From an uncultured delta proteobacterium (lineage in GTDB: Bacteria > Desulfobacterota > Binatia > UBA9968), in contig CAVWLW010000064.1 of the NCBI GenBank assembly GCA_963755715.1, positions 96,001 through 160,000 of the forward strand: a DNA stretch of 64,000 nt, given 5' to 3'. A program made the position numbers and the translations under genes. This document shows, piece by piece, positions 1 to 9,626 of this stretch; within the stretch, counting starts at the first letter, position 1; each line of letters begins with the position of its first letter. Under the pieces are notes generated by a model. It searched no databases and was not told where the DNA came from. It was given only the letters and a program-made list of their open reading frames with translations.

Positions 1-1040
1 TATTTAAACTCCGGCATCACTTTCTCCGCGAAAAGACGAATATTTTTGAGCGCCAATTCCTGCGGCATGCCGCCGAAGTGAAAGGTGCCCGAGATAGTCG
101 TTAGACCGGTCTCGTCGCGCCATTTGCGAATCGTATCGGCGACTCGCTTGGGATCTCCCGCCAGCACAAAGCCGTGCTCCAATTGAGTTCTGGCATCGCG
201 TTGCGTCAGCAGCCCTTGCTCCTGGCGTTCGAGATCAGCCGCCTTGTGCACGTCGAAATAATTGATGAGATAGGGCTCCGCTTCGCGAATGGCGGCTTCT
301 AAACTGTCCGCCACGTAAATATGAAACTTGCCGAGAATGTCGGTTTTGCCGCCGTTATGACCCGCCGCGGTCAAGGCGTTTCGGTAGCTCTTGATGAATC
401 CGGGTAGTATTCCCGGTTCGCGATAGAGATAAGGCAGCGTCATCAGGTGAAAGCCGTGCTCGCCGGCCCAGCGAAAGCTATCTTCGCTGCGCGCGCATCC
501 GACCCAAAAATTGGGATGCGGCCGCTGCACCGGTTTCGGAAACACCGGCACGTTTTGATAGTTGTAAAACTCGCCCTTAAAACTGACCGGCTTGTCCGAC
601 CATGCTTGCAGCATCACTTCGACGCCTTCATACATGCGCTGGGTGGCTTCCTTTTGATCGACGCCGAACTTTTTGTACTCATGAGATTCGCTGCCTTTGC
701 CCACGCCGAAATCCAACCGGCCGTTGGAAATGACGTCGACCATCGCATAGGACTCGGCCACCTCGATCGGGTTGTGCAGCGGCAAAACATTGATGGCAAC
801 ACCCAGGCGAATCCGCTTCGTCGTGCGCGCGATGGCCGACATGAAAGTCGGCGGATGCGGCAGATCGCCGCCGTAGTGAGCGAAATGATGTTCGGTTACC
901 CAGACGTGATCGTAGCCAAGCCGATCCATTTCTTCCATCTGACCGAACATCTTTTGATAGAATTCCGTAACCGACCCGTCCAAGTCGGCGACGTAGGTCG
1001 GCAGATAATGCGCGCCGAATTTCATGCTTTTGCTAGCCAT
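1..1040 (-). CDS. LLM-class (luciferase-like) flavin-dependent oxidoreductase; stop codon cut by window edge
   Basis: Read by hand on the minus strand from ATG 1040: MASKSMKFGAHYLPTY...GYDHVWVTEHHFAHYGG...LPLHNPIEVAESYAMVDVISNGRLDFGVGKG...FAEKVMPEFK. Not in the ORF track because the stop is truncated. Confidence 0.9.
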   Translation of the reverse strand, partial: MASKSMKFGAHYLPTYVADLDGSVTEFYQKMFGQMEEMDRLGYDHVWVTEHHFAHYGGDLPHPPTFMSAIARTTKRIRLGVAINVLPLHNPIEVAESYAMVDVISNGRLDFGVGKGSESHEYKKFGVDQKEATQRMYEGVEVMLQAWSDKPVSFKGEFYNYQNVPVFPKPVQRPHPNFWVGCARSEDSFRWAGEHGFHLMTLPYLYREPGILPGFIKSYRNALTAAGHNGGKTDILGKFHIYVADSLEAAIREAEPYLINYFDVHKAADLERQEQGLLTQRDARTQLEHGFVLAGDPKRVADTIRKWRDETGLTTISGTFHFGGMPQELALKNIRLFAEKVMPEFK

Positions 1041-1121
1041 CAAGCTTCACAACCTCCAAATTTTATCCAACCAGATATAAGTTGGCACCGCGTGGGAGTC
1101 AACGCCGGGGTAAAAATGGCA

Positions 1122-1147
1122 AGGGCGTGATGAAATCACGCCTCTAC
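1122..1147 (-). repeat. GTAG-type REP-like palindrome
   Basis: Minus strand GTAG-A-GGCGTGAT-TTC-ATCACGCC-C. A similar element GTAAGGGCGCGGC-CTACC-GCCGCGCC lies at about 42291-42318. Confidence 0.5.
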
Positions 1148-1307
1148 TGTGAATTTGAAATGCCTCGACCCGCTACTTGCATGACTAGAAAAAATGCCAG
1201 AGTAGAAACTTTCGACATTCCATCACCGCGGACCGGGTCGTAAAAGAGTTATTCTCACCGATAGTCGGCAATGGGAGTTGGCTGCCGCACAACTCCTCCC
1301 AAATGGT

Positions 1308-2648
1308 TTATCCGCCCATTGCCACCGGTGGCGAGAATACCGTCGGTCCTTTGACCTCGGACTCGAGGGCTTTGAGCGCGGTTTGAATGATTTCACGGCG
1401 CAGGCGCGCGTCAAGTTCTTTGGATAAATTCGGATCGCCGCACGGATGCGGAATGCTCACGCCTTTGACGATGCGGTTGGCGCGCACCTGCTGCGCCACG
1501 GGAAACATCGCGCTGATCAACGCTACCGGTAAACCCGCCTTTTCAAGTTCTTTGCTCATCACAGCGCCGCTGCGACTGCACGTCCCTCACGTGGCGACAA
1601 ACAGGACTCCTTCGACGTTGTCTTTTTTTAAGTCCGCGGCGATTTCCTGACCGATGCGGCGCATCACCGTCGGCGAACCTTGGTTTCCGGGAATAACGTA
1701 ATAAGCCGGATAAAGTTTTCCCGGACCGATCGCGCCCTCGGCTTCCAGCGCGCGCAGCGCGTCGAGCGGCACGCCGTAGTGGGGATTCTGATTCATGTAC
1801 GCCACGTTGTAGCCGCCGTGCACCGCTTCCCATTTTCCCGGCTCGAGCTCTTTGAGCTCGGCGATATTGTATTTGCGCCAGTAGGTATTGCGATAAGTTT
1901 TGAACTTATCCGGATTGCCCCACGGCACCACCCCGCTGGTTGTCACTACGGCGATGTTGCGATCTTTTACTTGATCGAGTGGCGGCGCCGGCGGCGCGTC
2001 GTCCCACACTTCCATCGGCAGCTCGCTCTCGAACGGCTGGTTATTTATTTTCTTGAGCAGCATTTCGACCGCGCGCGTGGCGCCGCGGCGGTCGGTTTTC
2101 TCAATCCGTCGAATGCCGCGCCCGATGTAACCTTCTTTGGCCGCGGAACCGATCTCTTCACCGCGCGCTAGCCGGATCGCAAGGCGCGCCAAGCGCGTCA
2201 GCGCGTCGTTCATCCCCGTCGTCGCTTCCGCCGTCGGCAGGCAATAAACCCGCGCATTGACAAATTCGCGATAAGTGCCGACGCCCGGGTTCTCCTCGTG
2301 CATTGCGGTTAAGCAGGGAATTTGCAGCGCGTTGGCTACCGCATTGCAAATCTCGACGCAGGACAATCCGTAGCGGCCGGAGTTGAACGCCGGTCCCGCC
2401 ACCAAAACGTTGGGCTCCGCCGCGCGCACGGCGTCGAGAATCGCTTTGAGCGCTTCTTCTTTGTGCTCATGAAAGTAGTTATCGCCGACATACACCGTGC
2501 AAGCGATCTTGCCCTCGTCGCCGAGCTTTGGCTCCAAGCCGCGCGCCGCGCCGGCGCTGCCTTCGATCACGCCCACGGGCAAGCCCGCTTTTTCCTCGCC
2601 GCCGAGGCCGGCAAAAAATTGATTGACGACGTGAACGATTTTAATCAT
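1308..2648 (-). CDS. grdB: Glycine/sarcosine/betaine reductase family selenoprotein B (GrdB-like), 446 aa, Sec at codon 354 (TGA 1587-1589)
   Basis: N-terminus MIKIVHVVNQFFAGLGGEEKA, AGPAFNSGRYG and HGGY motifs. ORF 1587..2648 continues in frame through TGA into ORF 1308..1562: VAT-U-GTCSRSGAVMSKELEKAGLPV...IPHPCGDP, matching the GrdB U-x-x-C motif. Confidence 0.93.
1558..1576 (-). promoter_or_regulatory. Bacterial SECIS-like hairpin of the grdB-like gene
   Basis: UGA, a 10 nt spacer, then GUCGCAGC-GGC-GCUGUGAU (8 bp stem with two G-U pairs, G-containing apical loop). Confidence 0.7.
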
Positions 2649-2676
2649 GGCAACCGTCTCCTTAATATCTAGAAGA

Positions 2677-2786
2677 GTTCAAAACGTTCAACCGTTTGGA
2701 GCGGACCGCATGGTTCGACGGGCTCACCACGAACGGCATATTTTTCCGCTCATCCTGAGACGGTCGAAGGATTGAACGACTGGAAC
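2677..2786. repeat. Composite palindromic intergenic repeat (GTTCAA/TTGAAC arms around a TTCGAC...GTCGAAGG REP-like hairpin)
   Basis: GTTCAAAACGTTCAACCGTT ... TTCGACGGGCTCACCACGAACGG ... CCGCTCATCCTGAGACGGTCGAAGG ATTGAACGACTGGAAC. The inner hairpin resembles the interior of the element at 50935-51073. Confidence 0.7.
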
Positions 2787-2788
2787 AA

Positions 2789-4096
2789 TTAGTATTCCGC
2801 GCATCTAAATTCCCCTTGTCCCCAAATATCCGCCCCGCCCATCATGACATCACGCGCCTCCAATGACAAAGCGCCGCGTGCCGGCACCAGAGCCGCGCCG
2901 GGAAAAGGAAAAATTTTGATCTGTTCGTACGGACCGATGACTTTGTCCATTGCCGGCAGCTCGACGACTTTATCGAGGCTGCCCGTGCTCACTATCGCAT
3001 TCGCTTCGGCAATGTAAAACAGCACAGGACTGTCTTTGCCTTCCTTACCGCCATTCTCATAAGTGACCAAGGTGGTCTTAATGCCGTTTTGCTCACACGC
3101 GCGCACCGTGAGCATGACGTCGACGAAGGCGTTGCCGCCGCCGATCCAGGTCACCAGCGCGCCATCGGCGCCCATCGCTTTGGCCAGACGCGCGGCGTTC
3201 TGCGCGCCGACTTCTTTGCCGTGGCTGGTCTCAAAGCGAATGCGCTGCAAGACCACGCCGCCGAAGTTCAAGCTTTTGCCGTGCGCCGCGTACAACTCCA
3301 AAACCAAAGGATGGTTCTGCCAATCCCAGGTCGTCGGGTAATAGCCGCGCCCCGAGCGCGTCGTGTCCACCGTCACCGCGCCGTCAAAAAGCTCGTTGGG
3401 ATGAACAAACGTGGACATGGAATTACGCAACGAGAGCCCGTAATAACCCACGCCCGAATGCACGTGCTGCGGGTCGGTGATGCAGCCTTGCACCAGCATC
3501 ACATTCGGCAGCGCCGGATCTTTCTTGCTCAAATCATAAGTGGCGATCTCTACCGGCGAAAGTTCCGCCGTGACTTGGCCAAGCCGCTGGGCAACTTTAT
3601 ATTCGGCCGATTGAATTGCCCCGTGCGCATCCAACTCGCCCAAGCCCGGCGCGATCCTGAAGCTCAAAATCAGATGTCGGCACGAGCTAAACCGGGAAAT
3701 CTCCGCGCCCGGCCCGGACATATCGAGGATGGCGTTTCTTTGCACCGTCGTGCCGGCACGGATCGTGCCTTCGTACTCCGCCGCCGCGATGACGGTCATG
3801 CCGGACAGCCGATGAGTTCGGCCATCGCCGACGTTTTCGACGGCGCCTAAAACACCGGGGAAAACCTGGCCACTGCCCGCCACTTTAAAGCGCGGCTCGA
3901 CCATATCGCGTATGCCGGTGATGCGCGTCTTTTCGCCGGGCACAGCCACGGCCAGCGTTGCATCCGTGATCCGCGTATCTTCGAGGACGAGAGCGATCAG
4001 TTCGCCCTCGTCGACCTCGAGGATTTCGCTTTCGTATTTGAAACGACTCCCCAAGCGAATCTGCTTTACCGGAAATTCTGCGAGTTCGAGTTTCAA
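2789..4096 (-). CDS. Glycine/sarcosine/betaine reductase component B subunit (GrdE/GrdG/GrdI family)
   Basis: MKLELAEFPVKQIRLG, PGEKTRI...D.VEPR.K, FPG, G.GRTHRL.G, IDMSGPGA, HPNELFDGA, QNHP...LY..HGK.LNF.GV, GADGA and GN...D motifs. Adjacent to the grdB-like gene. Confidence 0.88.
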   Translation of the reverse strand: MKLELAEFPVKQIRLGSRFKYESEILEVDEGELIALVLEDTRITDATLAVAVPGEKTRITGIRDMVEPRFKVAGSGQVFPGVLGAVENVGDGRTHRLSGMTVIAAAEYEGTIRAGTTVQRNAILDMSGPGAEISRFSSCRHLILSFRIAPGLGELDAHGAIQSAEYKVAQRLGQVTAELSPVEIATYDLSKKDPALPNVMLVQGCITDPQHVHSGVGYYGLSLRNSMSTFVHPNELFDGAVTVDTTRSGRGYYPTTWDWQNHPLVLELYAAHGKSLNFGGVVLQRIRFETSHGKEVGAQNAARLAKAMGADGALVTWIGGGNAFVDVMLTVRACEQNGIKTTLVTYENGGKEGKDSPVLFYIAEANAIVSTGSLDKVVELPAMDKVIGPYEQIKIFPFPGAALVPARGALSLEARDVMMGGADIWGQGEFRCAEY

Positions 4097-4207
4097 CGTC
4101 TTCTCTTCAACGGTTTGAACGTTTGGAACGTTTAAATTCTTCTATGCCGCAAAACTACACCTATCCCGAAATATTCCAATCCCAGCGCTGTGATCGCATA
4201 AATTGGC

Positions 4208-5314
4208 TCACGGCGCCCCCATGATTTTGCGAAAGTCCTGAATATAGTTTTGCAGATTGGCGCCAAGCTTGGGACTCACGACGAAGTCCGGTTTGACTTG
4301 AAAATCTTTAAACTTGCTGCGCACACCTTTCATCGCGCTGCCTTTGCCCAAACTCGTTGCCAAAAAAGACTGCGCTTCATCGGAGAGAACCCATTCGACG
4401 AACAGCAGCGCAGCGTGCGGGTGAGGCGCGTTCTTCGCCAAAAACAGGCCCTCGGGTTTGACGATCGTCGGCGCAAGAACTTTAAATCCCAGGGGCGCCC
4501 CTTTTTCGCGAATCGCCGCCGAAGTCTCGCCGTTGATCGCGATGCCGACGGGATATTCGCCCGAAGTCACCACCTGTGTCGTCAAGGTGCCGCCGCGCCG
4601 ATAGCTCAAATCTTGCTTGGCTAACTTCGTCAAATAAGCGACTGCTTTTTCTCGCCCCCAGCTCTCTTCCATCGCTGCCAGAATATATCCCGCTTCCGGA
4701 TCGAAAAGCATTTTACCTTTCCATGCGGGGCTAAGCAGTTCGTCGTAGCTCTTCGGAGCCTGTTCCGCCTTGATGGAGTTGGTGTTGTAAATCAAGGCTG
4801 TGGTCAAATAGTACATGCTGTGCCAGTAGCCGTCGGGATCGTAGGTGCCGTCATAAAAACGCTTCGCGCCGGCGATCGGTTGCGGCTGCACGAGATTGGC
4901 GTTCAACAACTGATAGCCGTAACTCAGATCCACTTGAATCACGTCGGCCGCATGGCGCCCGGCCCGCGCTTCGGTCAACGTGCGGCTGAGAATGCCGTCG
5001 CGCGGCGAAAAATAATGCTGCAGTGCGATAGACCGGTAGCGCCCGTTAAAAACCCGCGCCAGCGGCAGAAACTCGTCGATCGGCAGCGTGCCGTAGTAGA
5101 CGAGCTCTCCTTCCGCCTGCGCGCCCTTGAGTAAATAACTGGTTCTTTCCTGCGGCTTGAGCGATCTTATCTTTACTGCAACTTCAGCGATCGTCGCCGC
5201 ATAGAGCGTAACCGTGGCATTCGCGCAGCTAATGAGGATCGCAAAAACCAAGCTGGCTTTAGCGACTGCGGCTTGATGGCGCCTTAGCCGATGAACTTTG
5301 CCGATGAGTTTCAT
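4208..5314 (-). CDS. Extracellular solute-binding protein (Fe3+/polyamine-like ABC SBP family), orphan
   Basis: GAQAEGELVYYG, YNT...APKSYDELL.P.WKGK and APHPHAALLFVEWVLSDEAQ motifs; hydrophobic N-terminal segment. Confidence 0.85.
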   Translation of the reverse strand: MKLIGKVHRLRRHQAAVAKASLVFAILISCANATVTLYAATIAEVAVKIRSLKPQERTSYLLKGAQAEGELVYYGTLPIDEFLPLARVFNGRYRSIALQHYFSPRDGILSRTLTEARAGRHAADVIQVDLSYGYQLLNANLVQPQPIAGAKRFYDGTYDPDGYWHSMYYLTTALIYNTNSIKAEQAPKSYDELLSPAWKGKMLFDPEAGYILAAMEESWGREKAVAYLTKLAKQDLSYRRGGTLTTQVVTSGEYPVGIAINGETSAAIREKGAPLGFKVLAPTIVKPEGLFLAKNAPHPHAALLFVEWVLSDEAQSFLATSLGKGSAMKGVRSKFKDFQVKPDFVVSPKLGANLQNYIQDFRKIMGAP

Positions 5315-5535
5315 ATCAGTTTCGTTTAGCAAAACGTTGAAGCGATCGTCAATGACGATGATCGGTCATGAAAAATGTTCACGCAACCACCCGAGTCTGA
5401 TTCAGCTAGAGCACTCGATAACCCAAGCGGCGATCCACGATCGTAAATCGGCCAAATTTGTCTGGCGCTGTACGAGATCAGCATACGACATATTGCGTAT
5501 TCTTGGCTCATTGACACCGTCGTAGTTTTTTCTTA

Positions 5536-5563
5536 TTGACATGGCTAGCCGGCATAATAAATT
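5536..5563 (+). promoter_or_regulatory. Putative sigma70 promoter
   Basis: TTGACA-N16-TAAATT upstream of the strong RBS GGAGGAGG of ORF 5614. Confidence 0.4.
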
Positions 5564-5613
5564 TTTCTTGTAGGGCTCGTTAAAATCGCTTTAAAGGGAG
5601 GAGGTGATACTAG

Positions 5614-5886
5614 ATGAAATTACAGAGGACGATGGGAATAGTTCTTCTGGCTTTGACGTTGGCCCCGGCCTACGTTGCCGTAGCTGCAGAGGATATGGAA
5701 TTGAAAGCGACGGTGGTGACCAAGGGCGAGAAAGACATCAAGGTTAAGACCAAGGATGATGAAAAAACCATCCTGGTCGGCAGCAAGACGAAGGGCCTTG
5801 AGAACGCCAAAGAGGGCTCCAAGGTGACGATTAAGTACACCGAGAAAGACGGACAGATGAGAGCCAGTGAGATTAATCCGCGCTAG
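5614..5886 (+). CDS. Small secreted Lys-rich beta-strand (OB-fold-like) hypothetical protein
   Basis: Strong RBS, Sec-type signal peptide (AVA-AE), KEGSKVTIKY pattern typical of OB/DUF5666-like barrels, followed by a terminator. Confidence 0.75.
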   Translation: MKLQRTMGIVLLALTLAPAYVAVAAEDMELKATVVTKGEKDIKVKTKDDEKTILVGSKTKGLENAKEGSKVTIKYTEKDGQMRASEINPR

Positions 5887-5904
5887 CAGATAGCTCGGCG
5901 GCAG

Positions 5905-5940
5905 AAAAAAGGCGGGGTCGTAACGACCTCGCCTTTTTTT
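5905..5940. terminator. Bidirectional rho-independent terminator
   Basis: AAAAAA-GGCGGGGTCG-TAA-CGACCTCGCC-TTTTTTT between convergent genes. Confidence 0.9.
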
Positions 5941-6104
5941 AATTTATGGCGATGAAATAAATTAATCGTTGCCAAGCCCAATTTTCCACCGCCTCGTTGA
6001 CTCGACCCATGCCGCAGACCGATGGGTTCTCTGCTCAAGCGTACGCGGCCCAAAAACGATCCGGCTCAGATTGGCAGCGGGTTAGCTGGGACGAGGCGCA
6101 ACAG

Positions 6105-7184
6105 TTAGCGCAACATCGGAAGAATTTCTTCGCCCCAGAGCTTGATCACTTCGGGAATATCAGGTCCCAGGGGAACGCCGAGAGTAATCTGCCTGAACCC
6201 ATCGCGCGCCGCCAGTGAAAAAAGCTCCGCGATTCGTTCCTTGCACTGGGCCGGCGTGCCGGCGATGATCAGACGATCCACCGCTTCGTCCGGCGTCAGC
6301 GACGCAGCGTAATCGACGCCGCGATTCTCGGCGTACGCCTTTCGCACCTCTTGAATCGCCTGGGGGTCAATGCCTTTCGTCTTGAGGACTTCATCCGGCC
6401 AGCCGGACACGATATGCGAAACGAATCTTTTCGCGTGTTGCCTGGCCGCCTGGCCGTCACGCGATACCGAGGCATTGAGCAGCATGACTTTGCGCAACGG
6501 CTCGGCCAGCGGCGATTGCGCTCGCGCCGTTTCAAGACGCGCCAGCGATGATTCCATGTCGGCGATACCGTAAAGCGTTTGCAGGATCACCCCGTCGAAG
6601 TGGCGCGCGATCAGATCGAGCACCGCGGGCTTGAGGAGACTCGGGCCGTAATAAAGGCGGATCGGCGCCTGAGTCTTGAAGCGGAGCGCATATTGCTCCG
6701 CGTTCATGTGAAAATAAGACGCGAGGACGGGAATCTCGCTGCTCTGGAGCGGCGCACCGGCGAACAACGTCCGTAATGCCGTGGCCAACTCCGCCATGAT
6801 CGTGAGCGGTTTTACCCGTTCCACTTGATGTGTGAGTATCGATCTCGATCCGGGTCCCAAGCCAAGGGAGATTTCCCGCCCGTCCATAAGTTCGGATATC
6901 GTCGCGAAGGCCATCGCCAAATCGACGGGGTTACGAAAATAAGGCACGGTTACGGCGGTGCCGAGCTTCACCGGCAATCGCGCGACAATCGCCGCGGAAC
7001 TCGCCAAGACGCTGCGATATTCCAGATTGTCGTTGGTCCAAACCTGGCTGAATCCGAATTGTCCCATCGTCCGCCAAGCCGTCTCGGCGAGCCCGATCAA
7101 CTCCGGCAGCGAGTAACGATTGAGCACGTGGAGCGGATAGTGAATGCCGATTTCGCCGGTAAATTTCTTTTCTTGTTTTGCCAT
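6105..7184 (-). CDS. LLM-class oxidoreductase, Mer-like (possibly F420-dependent)
   Basis: FSQVWTNDNL, KLGTAVTVPYFRNP, TISELMDGREISLGLGPG and IAGTPAQC motifs; RBS GGAGAG before ATG 7184. Confidence 0.85.
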   Translation of the reverse strand: MAKQEKKFTGEIGIHYPLHVLNRYSLPELIGLAETAWRTMGQFGFSQVWTNDNLEYRSVLASSAAIVARLPVKLGTAVTVPYFRNPVDLAMAFATISELMDGREISLGLGPGSRSILTHQVERVKPLTIMAELATALRTLFAGAPLQSSEIPVLASYFHMNAEQYALRFKTQAPIRLYYGPSLLKPAVLDLIARHFDGVILQTLYGIADMESSLARLETARAQSPLAEPLRKVMLLNASVSRDGQAARQHAKRFVSHIVSGWPDEVLKTKGIDPQAIQEVRKAYAENRGVDYAASLTPDEAVDRLIIAGTPAQCKERIAELFSLAARDGFRQITLGVPLGPDIPEVIKLWGEEILPMLR

Positions 7185-7265
7185 GGCGCTCTCCAACAAA
7201 CAGATTGATTCTACAGGGCGCGTTGGGGATTCATCACTTCGATATGTGACGCGAGCCGCGCAAGC

Positions 7266-8555
7266 CTATTTATGATTGCGCGACTCGGCGATCCAAATAA
7301 AGATCACGGATACGAACGTCAACGCTTGAGCGATCCAAAAAGCCTCATGATAACTACCAGTCCAGTCATGAATGACGCCGCCCAGCCAAGGACCGATGCC
7401 CGCCCCCGCGCCGATAAACAGCGAAATTGCGCCGATGATCGCGCCGAAAGATTTGCCGTGAAATAAATCGGCGGCGATGGTCGGGTACAGCGATTGGCGC
7501 GACGAGAAGCCAACCGCGATAAATGGCGGAAACGCGTAGAACAACCAGCTGCGGCTGACGTCTGTGATCATCATCAAGAGGAAAATGCCCGCCATCAACG
7601 ACGCTGAGCCGAGCAAATAGGACCATTGGCGGCCGATCCGATCGGCCAACAGCCCCATGAAAATCATTGCCGGCGCGGTAAAAAGCCCGATCAGTCCGAG
7701 CCCAAACGCCGCCAGTTCTTTTGAGAATCCCGCGTCGCTCACCGCGGCAACTTGATGAATCAGGACCATGTGCAGCGGAATCGCGCCGGCGAGCACGCCG
7801 ACGGCAAAAGCCCAAAAACGCCAGGTGCGCAGCGTCTCCCTCAAGCTCGGACCGCCGACGCCCGCAGCTTTCGCGTGGGCCGCGGCATCGCGAGTCGCCG
7901 GATCGCCAAAGTCGGGTTTGAGATTCATTTCGTCCGGCCTTTGGCGTTGAAAGAAATAGTTGAGCGGCGCGACCACCATCGCCAATATGCCGGCGAGAAT
8001 GAAAAACGCCGCGCGCCAGCCGTAGGCGGCGATCAACCACTGCGTCCACGGCACGACGAGAAGAATTCCCAAACCGATGCCGGACGCCGCCGTGCCGATC
8101 GCCATGCCGCGTTTACGGATGAACCAGTTGGATAAGAAAGTCGCTTGCGAGGTCATCGGCAGGGCCGCGAAGCCGACGCCCATGAAAACTCCCATGCCGA
8201 TATAAAACGCGACAACGGAGTGGGCAAAACCGCTGATCACGAAGCCGGTTGCCATGATCAGCGCGCCGCCCGGCAGCACGATGCGCGGACCGAGCCGGTC
8301 GAGTAGAATGCCGATCACCGGCGCCGACAGCGTCCACATGACGGATCCGAGCATGAGCGCGCCGGATGCCAGCCCACGGCTCCAGCGAAACTCTTCGATC
8401 ACCGCGACTAAAAATACCGCGAAGGCGTTGCGCGTGCCGAACGCCACCGCGACGGTCAAAAACGCGATGCCGATGACGACCCACGGATAGTAACGCTGCA
8501 GCGCTCGACTTGCGGCAATCTCAGTTTTCACAGCATACAAGGTGTTTTCCCTCAA
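7266..8555 (-). CDS. MFS transporter (OFA/MCT-like)
   Basis: About 12 hydrophobic segments; motif A GILLDRLGPR and GLLADRIGR; WFIRKRGMAIG. Confidence 0.9.
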   Translation of the reverse strand: MRENTLYAVKTEIAASRALQRYYPWVVIGIAFLTVAVAFGTRNAFAVFLVAVIEEFRWSRGLASGALMLGSVMWTLSAPVIGILLDRLGPRIVLPGGALIMATGFVISGFAHSVVAFYIGMGVFMGVGFAALPMTSQATFLSNWFIRKRGMAIGTAASGIGLGILLVVPWTQWLIAAYGWRAAFFILAGILAMVVAPLNYFFQRQRPDEMNLKPDFGDPATRDAAAHAKAAGVGGPSLRETLRTWRFWAFAVGVLAGAIPLHMVLIHQVAAVSDAGFSKELAAFGLGLIGLFTAPAMIFMGLLADRIGRQWSYLLGSASLMAGIFLLMMITDVSRSWLFYAFPPFIAVGFSSRQSLYPTIAADLFHGKSFGAIIGAISLFIGAGAGIGPWLGGVIHDWTGSYHEAFWIAQALTFVSVIFIWIAESRNHK

Positions 8556-8603
8556 ATGTCGTCAGACGAAATGCGAATGTGTCGGTCAGTCAATGAGTGA
8601 TTC

Positions 8604-9573
8604 TTACAGATAGCCCTTCTCTTCATAGTATTTCTTTGCCCCCGGATGCAGGGGAATGCCGAGCGGCGCGGCTTCCGTCCCCCGGCAAAGCTTTTTCATA
8701 TCGAGTGGACCCTCGTCATCGACGGGAATAACGCTCTGCCGCAAGTCGATCGCCTGGCAAATTGCGTAAGCGAGGTCGTTGCTGAGCCCGCGATGCGTGA
8801 TCAGCGGCCAGCCGCTGAAATCGATCGTGTTGACGTCCGCTTTGAGCTGTCGGAACTTTGCAGGTGGAATGACGGAGGCTTGATAACCGAGGGCCGACAA
8901 TTGTTTTACAATTTTAGGCTCGATCGGCAAGATTTCGAATCCATGGTCGAGCGCTTCGTCGAGCCAATTATGCAGTCCTTCGTCGAAGATCGCGTTGATC
9001 TTGCCCGTTTTTATCCCGTCCAACCGCTCCGGAGAGGTAGGCCTGGGAGTCTCCTGCACTCTCCCGCCCCAGCTCTTGATCTTGGCAAAGGACAGGCCGT
9101 AAAGCGCAAGAATCTCCGTCACGGTGTAGTAAGTCGTATTGTAAATACCGGAAGGACGGGTCGAAATTCTCAAGGGTATCTTGCGCTCGGCGATTTCGAA
9201 TAGAGATTTGAGCTTCAACTCTTTGGCGACCGCAAAAGCCATTTTGTCCCAGGATGGAAAGGAAGCCAGCGCCCGGAGAGGCAGCTTCTCCTTGTAAAAC
9301 CCTTTTCCCCGATAGGCCATGGTGACGATCGCGGATGGATTGATAAAGGCGACGTCGACCCGCCGTTTTCCGACTTCAATGGGGGCTTTCATGCCGCCCA
9401 TAAGATCGCCGTTGATGCCCATCGTCATTCCGGGAAACTGCTCTTCCCGCGAGCTGGGTTGTATGGAAATCGTTGCGACGTTGCCCATGTGCAGACATCC
9501 GTTGAGTATATAACTCCGCTGCGACCTCGAGCGCCATTTTCGTCCGCATCATCCGCGCATTCATTTTGGCCAT
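8604..9573 (-). CDS. TAXI-family TRAP solute-receptor-like protein (frameshift near 9490-9510)
   Basis: C-terminal PLGIPLHPGAKKYYEEKG is the TAXI signature. RBS-linked start ATG 9573 (MAKMNARMMRTKMALEVAAELY) joins ORF 8604..9488 by a +1 shift. Confidence 0.8.
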
Positions 9574-9626
9574 GGAGATTTCCTTTTCTTACTGAGACTG
9601 GATCAGCATCGCTGGCAACGAATCCC

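Noticed and set aside
447-1130. Long plus-strand ORF of 227 aa, and many similar ORFs (3089..3850, 24722..25408, 46801..47721, 57494..58168)
   Set aside because: Antisense or alternate-frame shadows of motif-bearing genes in GC-rich DNA; no family motifs.
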